Shown: piece after piece, positions 23,227-35,935 of the stretch | Layout of the letters: each line of letters opens with the position of its first letter | Numbering within the stretch: position 1 is the first letter of the stretch | From: the human T2T-CHM13v2.0 reference genome, Homo sapiens | Assembly: GCF_009914755.1 (NCBI RefSeq) | Contig: NC_060942.1 | Length of the DNA: 64,000 nucleotides | Strand: one strand, 5' to 3' | Made by a program: the position numbers and the translations under genes | The notes under the pieces: model-generated | What the model saw: the letters and a program-made list of their open reading frames with translations, nothing else | Told to the model about the DNA's origin: nothing | The model's database searches: none

Positions 23227-23845
23227 GTGAGTATAAGCCATGAGCCACTTTATAATCTTGATGGGAGTGAGGGTTTAAAAGTTGGCAAAACTCTTACCTG
23301 GAGGTCTTTCCATTTCTGTATTGGAGGGGATAGTGTCTATGTGGATGCGACTGGATGCCATTGGCAACATGGAGTTTTGATCTTTTCAAAAAAAAATGTA
23401 CTGACATTAATGTTTTCTGGAAAGTCATATCTTTTATCAAATTATAATATGGTAATATCCATTCAGTTTTTAGTGTGTGTGTACTGTAAAAGTTTATACA
23501 ATATATGGCTCCCATTCTGAAAAATAAATACATCACGTTTCCAAAAAATTACTGAATTATTCCCTTTAGCACGGTGAACTTTATGGTATGTGAATTATAT
23601 CTCAACAAAAACTTTTTTTGAGAAAATATTTACTGGCAGTACTTTTAATCTTGGAGGGTTACCAGGTAAAATTTAAAAGGATCCCGGTTTATAAAACTTT
23701 ATCTTAATGAAAGCTGAGGCAGCTGAGAGTGATAGCTGCTGTTGATCTGGTTGCCCATCCAGCCCTCCCCCAGCCCCTGCTGTGTGACTTGGTGAGTTTG
23801 GAGTTGTAACGCTGCCCTTGGGGTGTGCTCTTCTTCTTGATGGAG

Positions 23846-24022
23846 ACTTACAAACCATCCAAGTTGGAATTCCTCATGAGGAGCACCTCAAAGAAAACCA
23901 GGAAGGAAGACCATGCGCGCCTGAGGGCCCTGAACGGCCTCCTCTATAAGGCACTGACAGACCTGCTGTGTACCCCTGAAGTGAGTCAGGAGCTGTATGA
24001 CCTTAACGTGGAGCTCTCCAAG
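23846..24022 (+). CDS. RBFA: RBFA exon 3
   Basis: [14 protein letters not shown]...[13 protein letters not shown]...VELSK (start of RbfA domain); AG/GT boundaries; 177 nt. Confidence 0.95.
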
Positions 24023-24123
24023 GTAGGCTGTGTGGCCAAAGAGAAGAAATGGGTTGAGACAGCAGGCCTGGCACTTACTTTACCTGGCCCAGTCTTGCCT
24101 GACAATTAAAAAAAGACGCTTTA

Positions 24124-24431
<308 letters not shown>

Positions 24432-25017
24432 TTATGAAGTCTTAGTTCTGGGTTGCAGAAATAGAAATGATGCTCAGTCTGGTCATTGGAGCCCTGGAGA
24501 CAGATGGTGAGTGTCTGTGCTGTGCAGAGGCAGATGTCTCACTGCAAGGTGGGAGTCCTGTGACCAAACAGCACCTGGCACATTGTCAGATAGTAGAAGG
24601 TCTAAGCCTGCCGTGGGAAGAGGATGCATCTGCATGTACCTCAGTACAGAGGTACAGGAGATGACTTCCTCTGACCCACTCAGTGAGTTGTAAGGAGAAA
24701 AGGCAGCATCGAGCATTTTTGATTAGTGTCTCAGGGCAAGTGGCTGTGAGGCAAGCGTGGGGTCAGGGTTCCGGTTTGGTTCTGCAAACCAGGTGGTTTG
24801 GTTTGCGGGTCCTGGTGAAGAGAGGAGGGAGGTTTTGGTTTCTGGGGCCCTACTTCACCTGGGGACATGGTGCGGCAGCAGGAGGTGGCCTCCAGCAGCA
24901 TGCCAGAGCCCTGGCTTGGGTGGGAGGGGCGTCTGCAGCTGTCGTTTTCATCTCCTGGATGTTGTTTTGAAAAACCATGTAAGCTAAAAAGTGACCTGTG
25001 GAGGGGCGGGGTCTCAG

Positions 25018-25130
25018 GTTTCCCTGACTCCAGACTTCTCAGCCTGCCGAGCGTACTGGAAGACAACGCTCTCTGCTGAGCAGAACGCACACATGGAGGC
25101 TGTCCTGCAGAGAAGTGCCGCGCACATGAG
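25018..25130 (+). CDS. RBFA: RBFA exon 4
   Basis: [38 protein letters not shown], the RbfA KH-like core; cag acceptor, gtgatg donor; 113 nt. Confidence 0.93.
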
Positions 25131-25545
25131 GTGATGACCTTTGCTTTCTGAATGTACTTGCTTTTTGCTCATACCCTAAATTTCTCAGCTGTTTCACTTG
25201 TAGGTGGACTTGAACTTTTCATTGAGTATTTTTGCTTTTAAAGAAAATTTTGGAGGCATTTTCTTGAAGTTCATAGTATAATTTGCATTTTTGTATAAGC
25301 TATAATGTAGGTTAGCATTTATTAAAGTGTGCCAGGATCACTAGGGATCTGGAGATCCTGTCAGGGAGTTCATTAGGGTAAGACGTTATTTCACCTCTCC
25401 TGCTGTGTTGACATTTGCACTGAGGGTACAGAAACCATGAGGGAAGACTGCTGGTGCCATGCTGCCAGCCAGTGCTGTAGGGGCGCCATGCCACATGCCT
25501 AGAGTAAAAGACAATGTTACTTTTACTTAAGAATATCCCAGATGA

Positions 25546-25860
25546 GGCTGGACATGGTGCCTCTCACCTGTAATCCCCGCAACTCGGGATGCCGAGGCGG
25601 GAGGATCACTTGAGGCCAGGAGTTCAGGACCAGTCTGGGCAAGATGGCGAGACCCTGTCTCTACAAAAAATTAAAAAATTAACCAGGCACAGTGGCAGCA
25701 CACGCATATAGTCCCACCTACTCAGGAGGCTGAGGTGGGAGGTATCCCCTGGATTCCTATCAGCCCAGGAATTTGAGGTGGCAGTGAGCCGTGTTAATGT
25801 ACCTGCATTCCAGCCTGGGCAACGGAGCAAGACCCTGTTTCTCAAAGAAAAATTAAAAAA
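25546..25860 (+). mobile_element. AluJ
   Basis: Diverged Alu with ggaggatcacttgaggccaggagttc. Confidence 0.88.
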
Positions 25861-26429
25861 TCCGAGACAGTTTATCAAAAATTATTAATTGTATTAAATC
25901 TTGACCCTTGAGCATGCCTTTTTCATATTTTTTGTAATGGGAAGTACATGTAAATCACCTGCTGTCTGGAGAATGCTGAACAGAAAAGCATCAGTGAGCA
26001 GACTGTTCAGGTTTGGGTGTTTGGCAGACATTCTTTCAAAAATAAGCGAGTGAACCTACCACTCCGGAGCAAACAACAGACCATATCTGTTGCCAGTGAT
26101 AAAATTTAAGCTTTCAAGTGAAAATCAGAATTTTAGGAAACTTGTATTCACCACTGTGAGCTTGACAACTTCTAGGTACTTGAGACTCTTCTGATGAGAT
26201 TGGCAGCGACCTTAACAAACGTGCTGTTGTATGATAAACTGTGTCAATGCTTTTAAAATCTGCATAACTAGGTGAGCTGTTGTTTTCCAAATGACCAGTG
26301 CATGAGGTTACAAAACCATACGCTGAGAGATCAATTCAAAGTGTGAGCCAGATGGTGAGTTTTAATGTAGCAGAGTGTGACAGGTTGGTTGGGTGTGGTT
26401 TCAGATTCCTCATTGCAACTATTTATATG

Positions 26430-26637
26430 TTTATTTATTTGAGATGGAGTCTTGCTCTGTCGCCCAGGCTGGAGGGCAGTGGAGTGATACTGGCTCACTG
26501 CAACCTCTGCCTCCCGGGTTCAAGTGATTCTCATGCCTCAGCCTCCTGAGTAGCTGGGGTTACAGACGCCCGCCACCATGCCCAGCTAATTTTTGTATTT
26601 TTAGTAGAGATGAGGTTTCACTATATTGGCCAGGCCG
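26430..26637 (-). mobile_element. AluS, partial
   Basis: Alu right arm plus part of left arm. Confidence 0.88.
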
Positions 26638-26752
26638 GGACAACTGACCTTTAATAAAGTACATTTGTTGAATTTTTGTGACAAAGAAGATCCATACTTT
26701 TCTCATGGCTGTTAAATTCTGTCTTTTCCAACACATAACTGGGAGGCCTGAA

Positions 26753-27066
26753 TTTTTTTTTTTTTTTTTTTTTTTTTTGCTTTTTTTGAGACAGGATCTC
26801 ATTCTGTCTCCCAGGCTGGAGTGCAGAGACACAATCTTGGCTCCTGCAGCCTCAACCTCCCAGGCTCAAGTGATCTTCCTGCCTCAGCTTCCCATACAGC
26901 TGGAAGCACAGGTGCATGCCACCACACTTGGCTAATTTTGTATTTTTTGTAGAGATAGGATCTCTCTATGTTGTCTAGGCTGGTCTCCAACTCCTGGGCT
27001 TAAGCGATCCTCTGGCCTGAGCCTCCCAAAGTGTTGAGATTACAGGCATGAGCTACTGCGCTGGCT
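26753..27066 (-). mobile_element. AluJ
   Basis: Poly(T) followed by reverse-complement Alu. Confidence 0.88.
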
Positions 27067-28216
27067 CTTCTTGTATTTCAGTGAGAGGAAGGACAGAGTG
27101 CAGAAGCAGCAGTGAGATCCCAGCTGTCTTCCATGAAGCTGGCCTTGGAGAATTTGCAAATACATAAACAATTCCATGCTTTTCATTGATTTTGTGGGGG
27201 GGAGTGTATATATATAATTTTTGTTAAAAATGTCTATGTAAGCATTTAGTGGGTTTTTAAGCGACTTTAAAAAGACGTAGCTTTTAGAGTTCTCAGTTTT
27301 AGTTTGTAGTATAGTAAATATTGATAGATAGAACCCACATAAACAAATGCTCTTTGGGATCTTCAGTAATTTTTAAGAATGTAAAGGATCCTGGGACCAA
27401 CAATTTTGGGAATTGCTGAGCTGGATGATAATAAAGAAATTATTCAGTTTCCTCCTCAGTTTTAAAAAATGCAGAAATCCAAATCCAGCTCACTGTCCAG
27501 CTCTCTCAGAACTGGAATTCCTCCTTTCTGCCTCCCTTCTCATCATGCCCCATGTTTAGGGTGGGGACAGACGTAGAAAAGGTGGCCGTGTGTGGGCTTC
27601 GTTCCAGGCACCCTGCCTGGCTTCCCTGCATCATTACCACACACGATGATGCCCAGGGGTCTGTGAAACTGCATATCAGAGAATGCTTATTTCTTACTGT
27701 TTAACAAAAGCAAGAAAATGAGAGATTATTGACAAGTGTTGAAACAACATTGTTTTCTGATTTTTAGGTATCAGAAAATTCAGTTGAGCTGAATGTCCCT
27801 CTTCCCAACTCCTGCGGTCACCCAAGATTTAGGGTCACCGTTTTCCATAGCTGTGTACCAAAGATCTGTGGTCACGGCTTTCGCTGGTTATATGTGCCGT
27901 GCCTACATTGGCCCTAGGTCTGTATTATGTGATGTGCATGATACAAATATCACTTCTGTGTCTAATATCTGGGAACCTGAGGGTTGTGTCGTGCCAGGGC
28001 GTGTCCACTGGGCACAGGAGGACAGGCTGTTAGTGCACAGACCCTGGAGCCCAAGGCTACGGCGATGAGTTCAGATCAGGTTATTTGTACAGATCGCACA
28101 AGTTGCGTTGAGAAAAGTCAAGGCAATTGCAGTTATGATGCATTTTGCATCCCTTTTTTGATGTGGTAGTTGACTAAAGATGACTCTTCTGGGCTGAGGT
28201 TTTCATTTTTGAGTAA

Positions 28217-28541
<325 letters not shown>

Positions 28542-28650
28542 TCTCACTCCTGCCTCTTGGTTACATCTTGAATCATATGTTCAGCACTGTCACGCCTCTC
28601 CACTGAGTGTCACGGCACAGCTGTGAGGGTCTGTGCGTTCTGTCTCCTAG

Positions 28651-28735
28651 GCACCTTTTGATGTCCCAGCAGACCCTGAGGAATGTGCCACCGATAGTGT
28701 TTGTTCAAGACAAGGGAAATGCAGCTCTAGCTGAG
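28651..28735 (+). CDS. RBFA: RBFA exon 5
   Basis: tctgtctcctag acceptor; [28 protein letters not shown] (RbfA R..P...F..D motif); donor gtaagg; 85 nt. Confidence 0.93.
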
Positions 28736-28770
28736 GTAAGGTTTTCAAAAAAACTTTTTAAAATTTAAAA

Positions 28771-28904
28771 ATTTTTATTTTTTTAATTAGAGACAGAGTC
28801 TTGCTATATTGTTCAGGCTAGTCTTGAACTCCTGGCCTCAAGGGATCCTTCTGTCTCAGCCTCCCAAAGTGCTGGGATTTATAGGTGTGAGCCACCGGGC
28901 CCAG
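28771..28904 (-). mobile_element. Alu monomer (FLAM-like)
   Basis: Single left-arm-like unit. Confidence 0.8.
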
Positions 28905-29004
28905 GTAATAATTAACTTTTTATAACATAAACGCTTATATGAATAAAGTTTTAAATTTAAGTTTTAAATCCTGAAAAGATAATGTACAGTTAAAAAAGAG
29001 AAGA

Positions 29005-29295
29005 GGCCAGGTGCAGTGGCTCAAGCCTGTAATCCCAGCACTTTGGGAGGCCGAGGCAGGTGGATCACAAGGTCAGGAGTTAGAGACTAGCCTGGCCAAT
29101 ACGGTGAAACCCTGTCTCTACTAAAAATACAAAAAAATTAGCTAGGTGTGGTGGCGTGCGCCCGTAGTCTCAGCTGCTCGGGAGGCTGAGGCAGAAGAGT
29201 CAGTTGAACCGGGAAGGCGGAGGTTGCAGTGAGCCGAGATTGTGCCACTGCACTCCAGGCAGCAGAGTGAGAGACTCCGTGTCAAAAAAAAAAAA
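29005..29295 (+). mobile_element. AluS
   Basis: Full Alu; TSD aaaaaagagaaga. Confidence 0.93.
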
Positions 29296-30727
29296 GAGAA
29301 GAAACCACTGAGAAGGGAACAAATGAAAAGTAATGAAAGAAAGGTGCAAATGAAAAGGCTGTCCCTTTCTCCTGTGCCCCTGTTCCCAGCCAGGTCCCCA
29401 GAAGTAGTTGCTGTTTCTGGTTTTAATTTTTTTATGCTTATCACTGTAGCTCTAACTAGGGTATGAACTCAACACGGCCAGAGTTGCCCTCCCACGCCTG
29501 TCTCCCCCTCCCACCTCTCGAAATGGATCAGTCCACTTTCGTTTCACATTATTGGGGCTTATGAGACTTAGGTCTGTCCTGTAACCTTAAGTGCTTTTAT
29601 TATCATTTTCCTTGCTTTAGAGATGGGTTAGCTATAAAGATTAAAAACATGTAAATATATACTTCTCTGGGTGGTGGTTACCTGGCAGTTATTAAGATAT
29701 GTTATACCTTCAAAAAGTCAGTCAAAAATCAGCGAATAGCGTTTGCAGTATTATAGGTAACTGTTGTTCAGTATAGGACCAGACAGCATTTGGATCCACA
29801 GAAGAAAAAGATCCAGTTTGACATTTTTGGTTTTCGTTAATCAGTGTGTAGGTAACACTAAAAACATTGTACAAGTAATAAGCTTGACAGATTCGTGATT
29901 TCCCTTGCTAGAAAAAGAAACGAAGGAGTGAAGTTATAGTCCCTGCCGTAAGGAATCAGGGACAGTTCAGGTCATGGCAGTGTGCTGTGAGGGCATGAGC
30001 AAGGTGTTCCCTGGGGAGGACGTGCCAGTCTCTCTGTCTGAGCTCAGCACTCCAGGCTCCTGTCTCTGGGGAGGGAGGTCCCATCAGGTGGTGTGGGTTC
30101 CAGAACAGTCACTGGACAGGGGAGAGTGCATGCTATGCTTGGAGCAGGATGAGGACACCCCCGGAGGCAGGGGATAGGCAGGCAGGGTTCGGGTGGAATG
30201 CATTGTCCAGCAGGGCTTGTGGGCCGTTGCCGTGGTGTGGGTGGCATCCCATGAGCCTGGCTGAGAAGCAGTTTTCTTTTGTAGTTTAGGCTCCCAGCAT
30301 TGTGACTGTCCGCATCATCTTTTACCTTGTCTTGCTGGGAGGCTTTTGTCCCCCCAGGCACACAAATTCTGTGGCAAAACTGAAGCATTTTGCAAAACTA
30401 CCTTAGAAACCAGTTAATGGTTAGTTAGTTAATTCAACTAACGCTTAACTGGTTTCTTCATAAATTTGACTAACAAGTCTAAAATGTAGTTTTTAAAAAG
30501 CCTCACTTCGTTATCAGAGAAAATGTGTTATGTTAAAGTAACAGTAAGGTATTTGAAAGCACAGGCTACTGAACAGGTCCTAGTATTTGGGAAGAGTCGG
30601 TGGAAGGAATTGTGCAAAGTCTGATCAAAAGCTCTGCAGTCAACAATGCTGGTGTTACGTGGAGCCCGGCTGCAAGTATGGTGGTGGGGATGTGGCTAAC
30701 GGGTTTACCCTCTGTGTTCCTCTGTAG

Positions 30728-30801
30728 CTTGATCAGTTACTGGCAGTCGCAGACTTTGGACCCCGGGATGAAAGAGACAACTTTGTACAAAATGATTTCA
30801 G
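30728..30801 (+). CDS. RBFA: RBFA exon 6
   Basis: ttcctctgtag acceptor; LDQLLAVADFGPRDERDNFVQNDF; donor gtgacg; 74 nt. Confidence 0.92.
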
Positions 30802-31744
30802 GTGACGCATGTGGACATATGTTTTGATTCCCTGGGGTACATTCCTGGGTGTGGAATCACCATTTTCCAGAGCAGCTGCCCAGCGCCACATCCCGAGTAG
30901 CCTGCATGATCCCCATGGCACTTGCCTCCAGGGCCGGCAATCCACATTCACAGGCCTGTGCTGTGGCCTGGCCACGTTTACACAGTGAGGGCCTCAGGGG
31001 CCACCAGAGGTGCCTGCCATAACTCCTGCAGTGAGGAGAGGGCCTCTTGTCCTCTTCGTTCATTCAACACATTGTTTGTTGAGTGCCCACTGTGTGCCAA
31101 GCCCTGGTCAAGCACTTAGGATGCAGCTGTCTTTGGAACCTGCGTTTCATTAGGGGAGGCCGACAGGAAGCAGTAAACATCACAGATGGGTGTGAGGAGG
31201 GGAGTAGAGGGAGGTGGGGCTTGGGAGAGCAGGTCGGGGGCGTGGAAGTTTGGCCTGTGCATGTACACACACATACACATCTTTTCCAAACATGTAGTGC
31301 CTGACAGAGCCTGCAGGTCTTGGGGTGTTTGTGGGGGGCCCCATTCCAAGCCCACAGCTGCTAGAGCAGGCCTTGCCTGGGGGCCTTAGACAGCAGCGTC
31401 AACATCGCCTGGCACCTGCCAGAGTCGGGTTTAACCAGCCTGCCAGGTGCATCCCTGAGCTGGAAGCAAAGCTCCACGCTGTAGCAGGCCTGGCCTGACC
31501 GTGTCAGCAAGGGGCAGTGTGGGGGCGGCAGGGCAGGGAGCTGAGCCCAGGGTGTGGAAACTTTCCAAAGTGGAGCCTTGGAGGATACAGGGGCTGTGAC
31601 GTGGCCTTGACTAGGTGCTGTTCACCAAGAATAGACTCTTCATGAAGGCGAATGAGTGGCAGGTCTGATAGGCCTCACCTGCGATTCTGCCAGTTGAACT
31701 GGCCCGAGGCACTGGCCATGCTTAGAGAAAAAAGTTGCAAACGC

Positions 31745-32040
31745 TTTTTTTTTTTTTTTTTGAGGCAGAGTCTCACTCTGTCGCCCAGGTTAGAGTGCAG
31801 CGGCGTGATCTTGGCTCACTGCAATGTCTGCCTCTTGGGTTCAGGCGATCCTCCTGCCTCAGCCTCCTGCGTAGCTGGGATTACAGGCGAGCGCCACCAC
31901 GCCCAGCTAATTTTTGTATTTTTAGTAGAGACAGGGTTTCACCATGTTGGCCAGGCTGGTCTTGCACTCCTGACCTCGTGATCCGCCCGCCTCAGCCTCG
32001 CACAGTGCTGGGATTACAGATGTGAGCCACCGTGCCCGGC
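31745..32040 (-). mobile_element. AluS
   Basis: Poly(T) plus reverse Alu. Confidence 0.92.
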
Positions 32041-32290
32041 GCAAATGCATTTATTGCATACAGGACGGTGCACCTGGACTGTGCTGGCCGAATGCTTCTG
32101 ACACTGGAGAAGGCGGAAACCAAAGCCCACCTTCCTTCACTCCTGTCTCCAGTTACCCTCAGATAGACGTTTGGGAGGGTTCTCAGGCGAGTAGATGTAG
32201 GAAGTGTGATGTGCTGTTGTGTTGTGGCGACAACACTGTGGACTAGGGGCATGGTTTGTGCTTGGTGTGAAGCCTCTTCTTCCTTCCCAG

Positions 32291-32672
32291 GGACCCTGAT
32301 GCCCCACAACCCTGCGGCACCACAGAGCCGACCACAAGCTCCAGTCTGTGTGGGATCGATCATGAGGCGCTCAACAAGCAGATTATGGAGTACAAAAGGA
32401 GGAAAGATAAAGGGCTCGGGGGCCTGGTGTGGCAGGGGCAGGTGGCTGAGCTGACAACGCAGATGAAAAAGGGAAGGAAGAGGGCCAAGCCCCGCCTGGA
32501 GCAGGACAGCTCCCTCAAGAGTTACCTGTCAGGCGAGGAGGTTGAAGATGACCTGGACCTGGTTGGTGCCCCGGAGTACGAATGCTATGCCCCGGACACA
32601 GAGGAGTTGGAGGCAGAGAGAGGAGGTGGCAGAACAGAGGATGGCCACAGCTGCGGAGCAAGCAGGGAGTAG
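32291..32672 (+). CDS. RBFA: RBFA exon 7 (coding part)
   Basis: cttcttccttcccag acceptor; DPDAPQPCG...[18 protein letters not shown]...GASRE*; exon lengths sum to 1032 nt = 343 aa plus stop. Confidence 0.95.
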
Positions 32673-32873
32673 ATGGAGAGGCTCTGCCCATCCCACATTT
32701 GCAGGGAAAAGCATTGGCACGCAACGCAGCATGTGGCTTCATTGAGGCAGTTGATGGAGTTAAACCATCTGCTCTTCTGCTACTTCAACATTTTCTAGCT
32801 TTTCCGTGTATCTAAACACAATTTGCTACACAAGTCACTGTTTTTTTTTCCATGCACTGTGTGTAATTTAAAA

Positions 32874-32879
32874 ATTAAA
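32874..32879 (+). terminator. Candidate proximal poly(A) signal ATTAAA
   Basis: ATTAAA ~200 nt after the stop, preceded by UGUA and U-rich sequence. Confidence 0.55.
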
Positions 32880-33090
32880 TGGCCATCTTATCACAGATTC
32901 TCACAAAAAGAAAATGGTAAAATAGTGTCTCTGAGATGCTGGCATGGCCACCTCCACCTGCAGAGCCCTGCCAGGTGCCAGTGAGTGCTTGGCCCGAGGG
33001 GTCAGGCCACAGCAGTGGCCGGGGTGAGAACTGAACCTGCAAACCTGGGGAGAACAGAGGGTCCCCAGAGCCTCCCAACCCCCTGGAGCT

Positions 33091-33188
33091 GGGCTCCGTC
33101 CCTGGGGCTGCTGGGCTGGCACGTGGCGCCGGGGGCTCCATCCCTGGGGCTGCTGGGTCGGCACGTGGCGCCGGGGGCTCCGTCCCTG
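33091..33188 (+). repeat. 42-bp tandem repeat, ~2.3 copies
   Basis: gggctcc(g/a)tccctggggctgctggg..ggcacgtggcgccgg repeated. Confidence 0.85.
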
Positions 33189-35196
33189 ACTGGCCTCTTC
33201 ACAGCTTTGTGCAGCAGGCTCCACCTTCTGGTTCAGGCCAAGGTTGGGCAGAAAGTGAGTTGGGTTTGCTGGGGCTTCCTGGGCGACCCCGGCTCTGACC
33301 GTGGTTCCATCACGCCTGAAGTAGTAACACTTTTCCCTTGGTGCCCGTGGCCAGCTAGTGTATTTTCTAATCCATCCAAAGGTGAAACAGACTTGGTCTT
33401 TGCCTTCTGAAGAGTGTGCGACTCTGAGTCATACTGAATTCTTTGTGTCACCTCCGACGCAAAGATTCGTTTTGCTGTTTATCAGAAGAGAAAACACAGA
33501 TTCCATACCTTGTCAGCTCCTATTTAGTTCGGCTTCCCTCTTAATGTCCCAGCCCCTGTCAGCTGTCAGGTTCTAAATTCAGAATTCTCTCAATTCTGTC
33601 AGGTTCTGCACTACGAGTCAGTGTCATCCCTCCAAGCCCTGGCTCTCTGCCAGTGCAGCAGGGCTGTGAGAATCAAGACGGCACAGGGAAGGCATCTGTC
33701 CCAGCATTTGCACATGACAGGTGCCCATGGTGCAGGAGTAGAATCTGTGGAAGCAGCAGTGGCTTTAGTTGCTGTGCCCTGCCACCTCCTCCCCAAAAAG
33801 GAGAAGTGTCCAAGGGATAGCAGACCCGTAGCACTGAGCGGCCTGCCGTGCTGACCACTGGATCCAGGCCACGTGCTGCAGACAGCGGCTGTGGGCGAGT
33901 GATGAGGCCACTACCCAGAAAGCTGCATGTGCACTGTGTGGGGTAAGGACAGTAGGAGATGCTGCTGCAAGATGCTGACTCCCTTGTTTTTCTTTTCATT
34001 TGTGCTCTGGGACTAAGCTGTGTATAAGTCATCAAATGGCAGAAGCAAGATTTTTCTTTTGAGATCTAGGAAATTATTTGTTTATACTCTACACTCTTAT
34101 TTCCTATATCAGGATGGGGAGGCCACCACCTCAGGCCAGTTAAACTAAGAAGAAAGAATTTAAGGCAATTTGTAAGGATAGACAAAACCCCACATGATGG
34201 TATGAGTAGGAGAGAGAGAAAAAAAGGGAGCCAGAAATTAGGTTACAAAGTGTACACCACACATAAAGGCTGATGCCTCTGTTACACCGTGAGCCAAATG
34301 TTTATCTCTAGGGTTTCTGGTAGCCAGTTGCGGGGTGTCCAGTGAAGGGGTGTACATGTCTGTGGTTAATCATATAGGTCAGGATAATGAGGTGATACTG
34401 CAGTGACAAATGGCAAATCTCCCTGGCTTACAACAACCAGTTTGCCTCTTATTCTTCTAGGGGACCATCATGGGCTGAGGTCAGGCCAAGGCCTTTTGTA
34501 TCTGGTGTTACTGGAACATGGCTATGTGAATTCATTTATGTACAAGAGACCTCCCCATCCTGATGTAGGAAATGAATGGTGATGATTTACGAGCGCAACA
34601 TCCTAAAAAACGTTTTTGTATTTCCCTAGCAAGATAACTTCAGGTTACAAGGCTCTGGTACTTGACCATGATGACTCCATGAGAAAACAGCAGAACGCCA
34701 GCTTTGCAGGTACCTCCACAGCACTGCCGGGCTGGGAACAGGGCCAGTGCTTGCACCAGCGCTGGAGGGGGCCACAGCAGAGTAAAGACAGAGTCTGCCA
34801 TGCAGGAGTGCTTCGCAGGTCAGGCACTGCTCTGAGTGCTTTGTGTTAACCTGCCCCCCGCCCCCTAACTTGGGAAAGGTGTTAAAGAAGGAGAGAACGC
34901 CCTCAATGGTGTGTCCTTTGCATACACACCTTTGCATGCATCTGATGTGCCCAGGCTGTGTTTTATTGTTCTAGCAATTTATTGTTACAAAACAGATTGC
35001 TGCCATCAATTTGTCTCAGGTCCTTCTAGCACATCTGACAGGGACTAGTGTCTAGAGCCATGAGGACAGAGACCAGAAGGGACAAGAAGGAGTGGGCAGA
35101 GGGAATGGAAGGTAGAGTTAGGCCCAGAGAGCCCCAGGCTGCTGCCCAGACCTCCACGCCTGTGCCGGATGTGGTGTTGGCATCCATAGCAGTCTC

Positions 35197-35253
35197 GCAA
35201 AGTTGTTCTCATTTTCCAAATAAGGAAACTGAGGCCCAGGGAGAGGTGAAGTG
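35197..35253. mobile_element. MIR core fragment
   Basis: cattttccaaataaggaaactgaggcccagggagaggtgaagtg. Confidence 0.6.
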
Positions 35254-35254
35254 C

Positions 35255-35560
35255 TGCAGGGGATCCAACCAGGCGCCGGCTCAGTGCCTCCTAGAAAGAG
35301 GAGTGTGGGCACGTTTGCAGGGGATCCAACCAGGCGTCAGCTCAGTGCCTCCTAGAAAGTGGAGTGTGGGCATGTTTGCAGGGGATCCAACCAGGCGTCG
35401 GCTCAGTGCCTCCTAGAAAGTGGAGTGTGGGCACGTTTGCAGGGGATCCAACCAGGCGTCTGCTCAGTGCCTCCTAGAAAGTGGAGCGTGGGCACGTTTG
35501 TAGGGGATCCCACCAGGCGTCAGCTCAGTGCCTCCTAGAAAGAGGAGTGTGGGCACGTTT
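35255..35560 (+). repeat. ~60-bp minisatellite, 5 copies
   Basis: tgcaggggatccaaccaggcgtc.gctcagtgcctcctagaaag.ggagtgtgggcacgtt unit. Confidence 0.92.
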
Positions 35561-35597
35561 CAGAGAAAACTGGCTTAGGCCTCCCTGTTTCTGGCGT

Positions 35598-35935
35598 GGC
35601 CTTCCCTGGGAGCGAGTTAGGGACACGGAAGCTCACCCGCTTCTGAATGGGTCCACTCCTGGGGATTTCCGCGGCCTTCCCTGGGAGCGGGTTAGGGACA
35701 CGGAAGCTCACCCCCTTCTGAATGGGTCCACTCCTGGGGATTTCCGCGGCCTTCCCTGGGAGCGGGTTAGGGACATGGAAGCTCACCCTCTTCTGAATGG
35801 GTCCACTCCTGGGGATTTCCACGGCCTTTCCTGGGAGCAGGTTAGGGACATGGAAGCTCACGCCCTTCTGAATGGGTCCACTCCCGGGGATTTCCACGGC
35901 CTTCCCTGGATGATCCACTCCTGGGGATTTTCCGC
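35598..35935 (+). repeat. 75-bp minisatellite, ~4.3 copies
   Basis: Units start at 35598, 35673, 35748, 35823 and 35898. Confidence 0.92.

Larger units (their letters stand above)
25960..27418 (+). mobile_element. hAT-Charlie1-like DNA transposon remnant, split by Alus
   Basis: Charlie1-like body and terminus acccacataaacaaatgctctttggg...ttttgggaattgctg. Confidence 0.65.

Noticed and set aside
34575-34620. GTGATGA as a possible C/D snoRNA C box
   Set aside because: No CTGA D box or terminal stem at a suitable distance
35255-35935. Spaced repeats as a CRISPR-like array
   Set aside because: Head-to-tail tandem units without unique spacers; primate DNA with no cas genes
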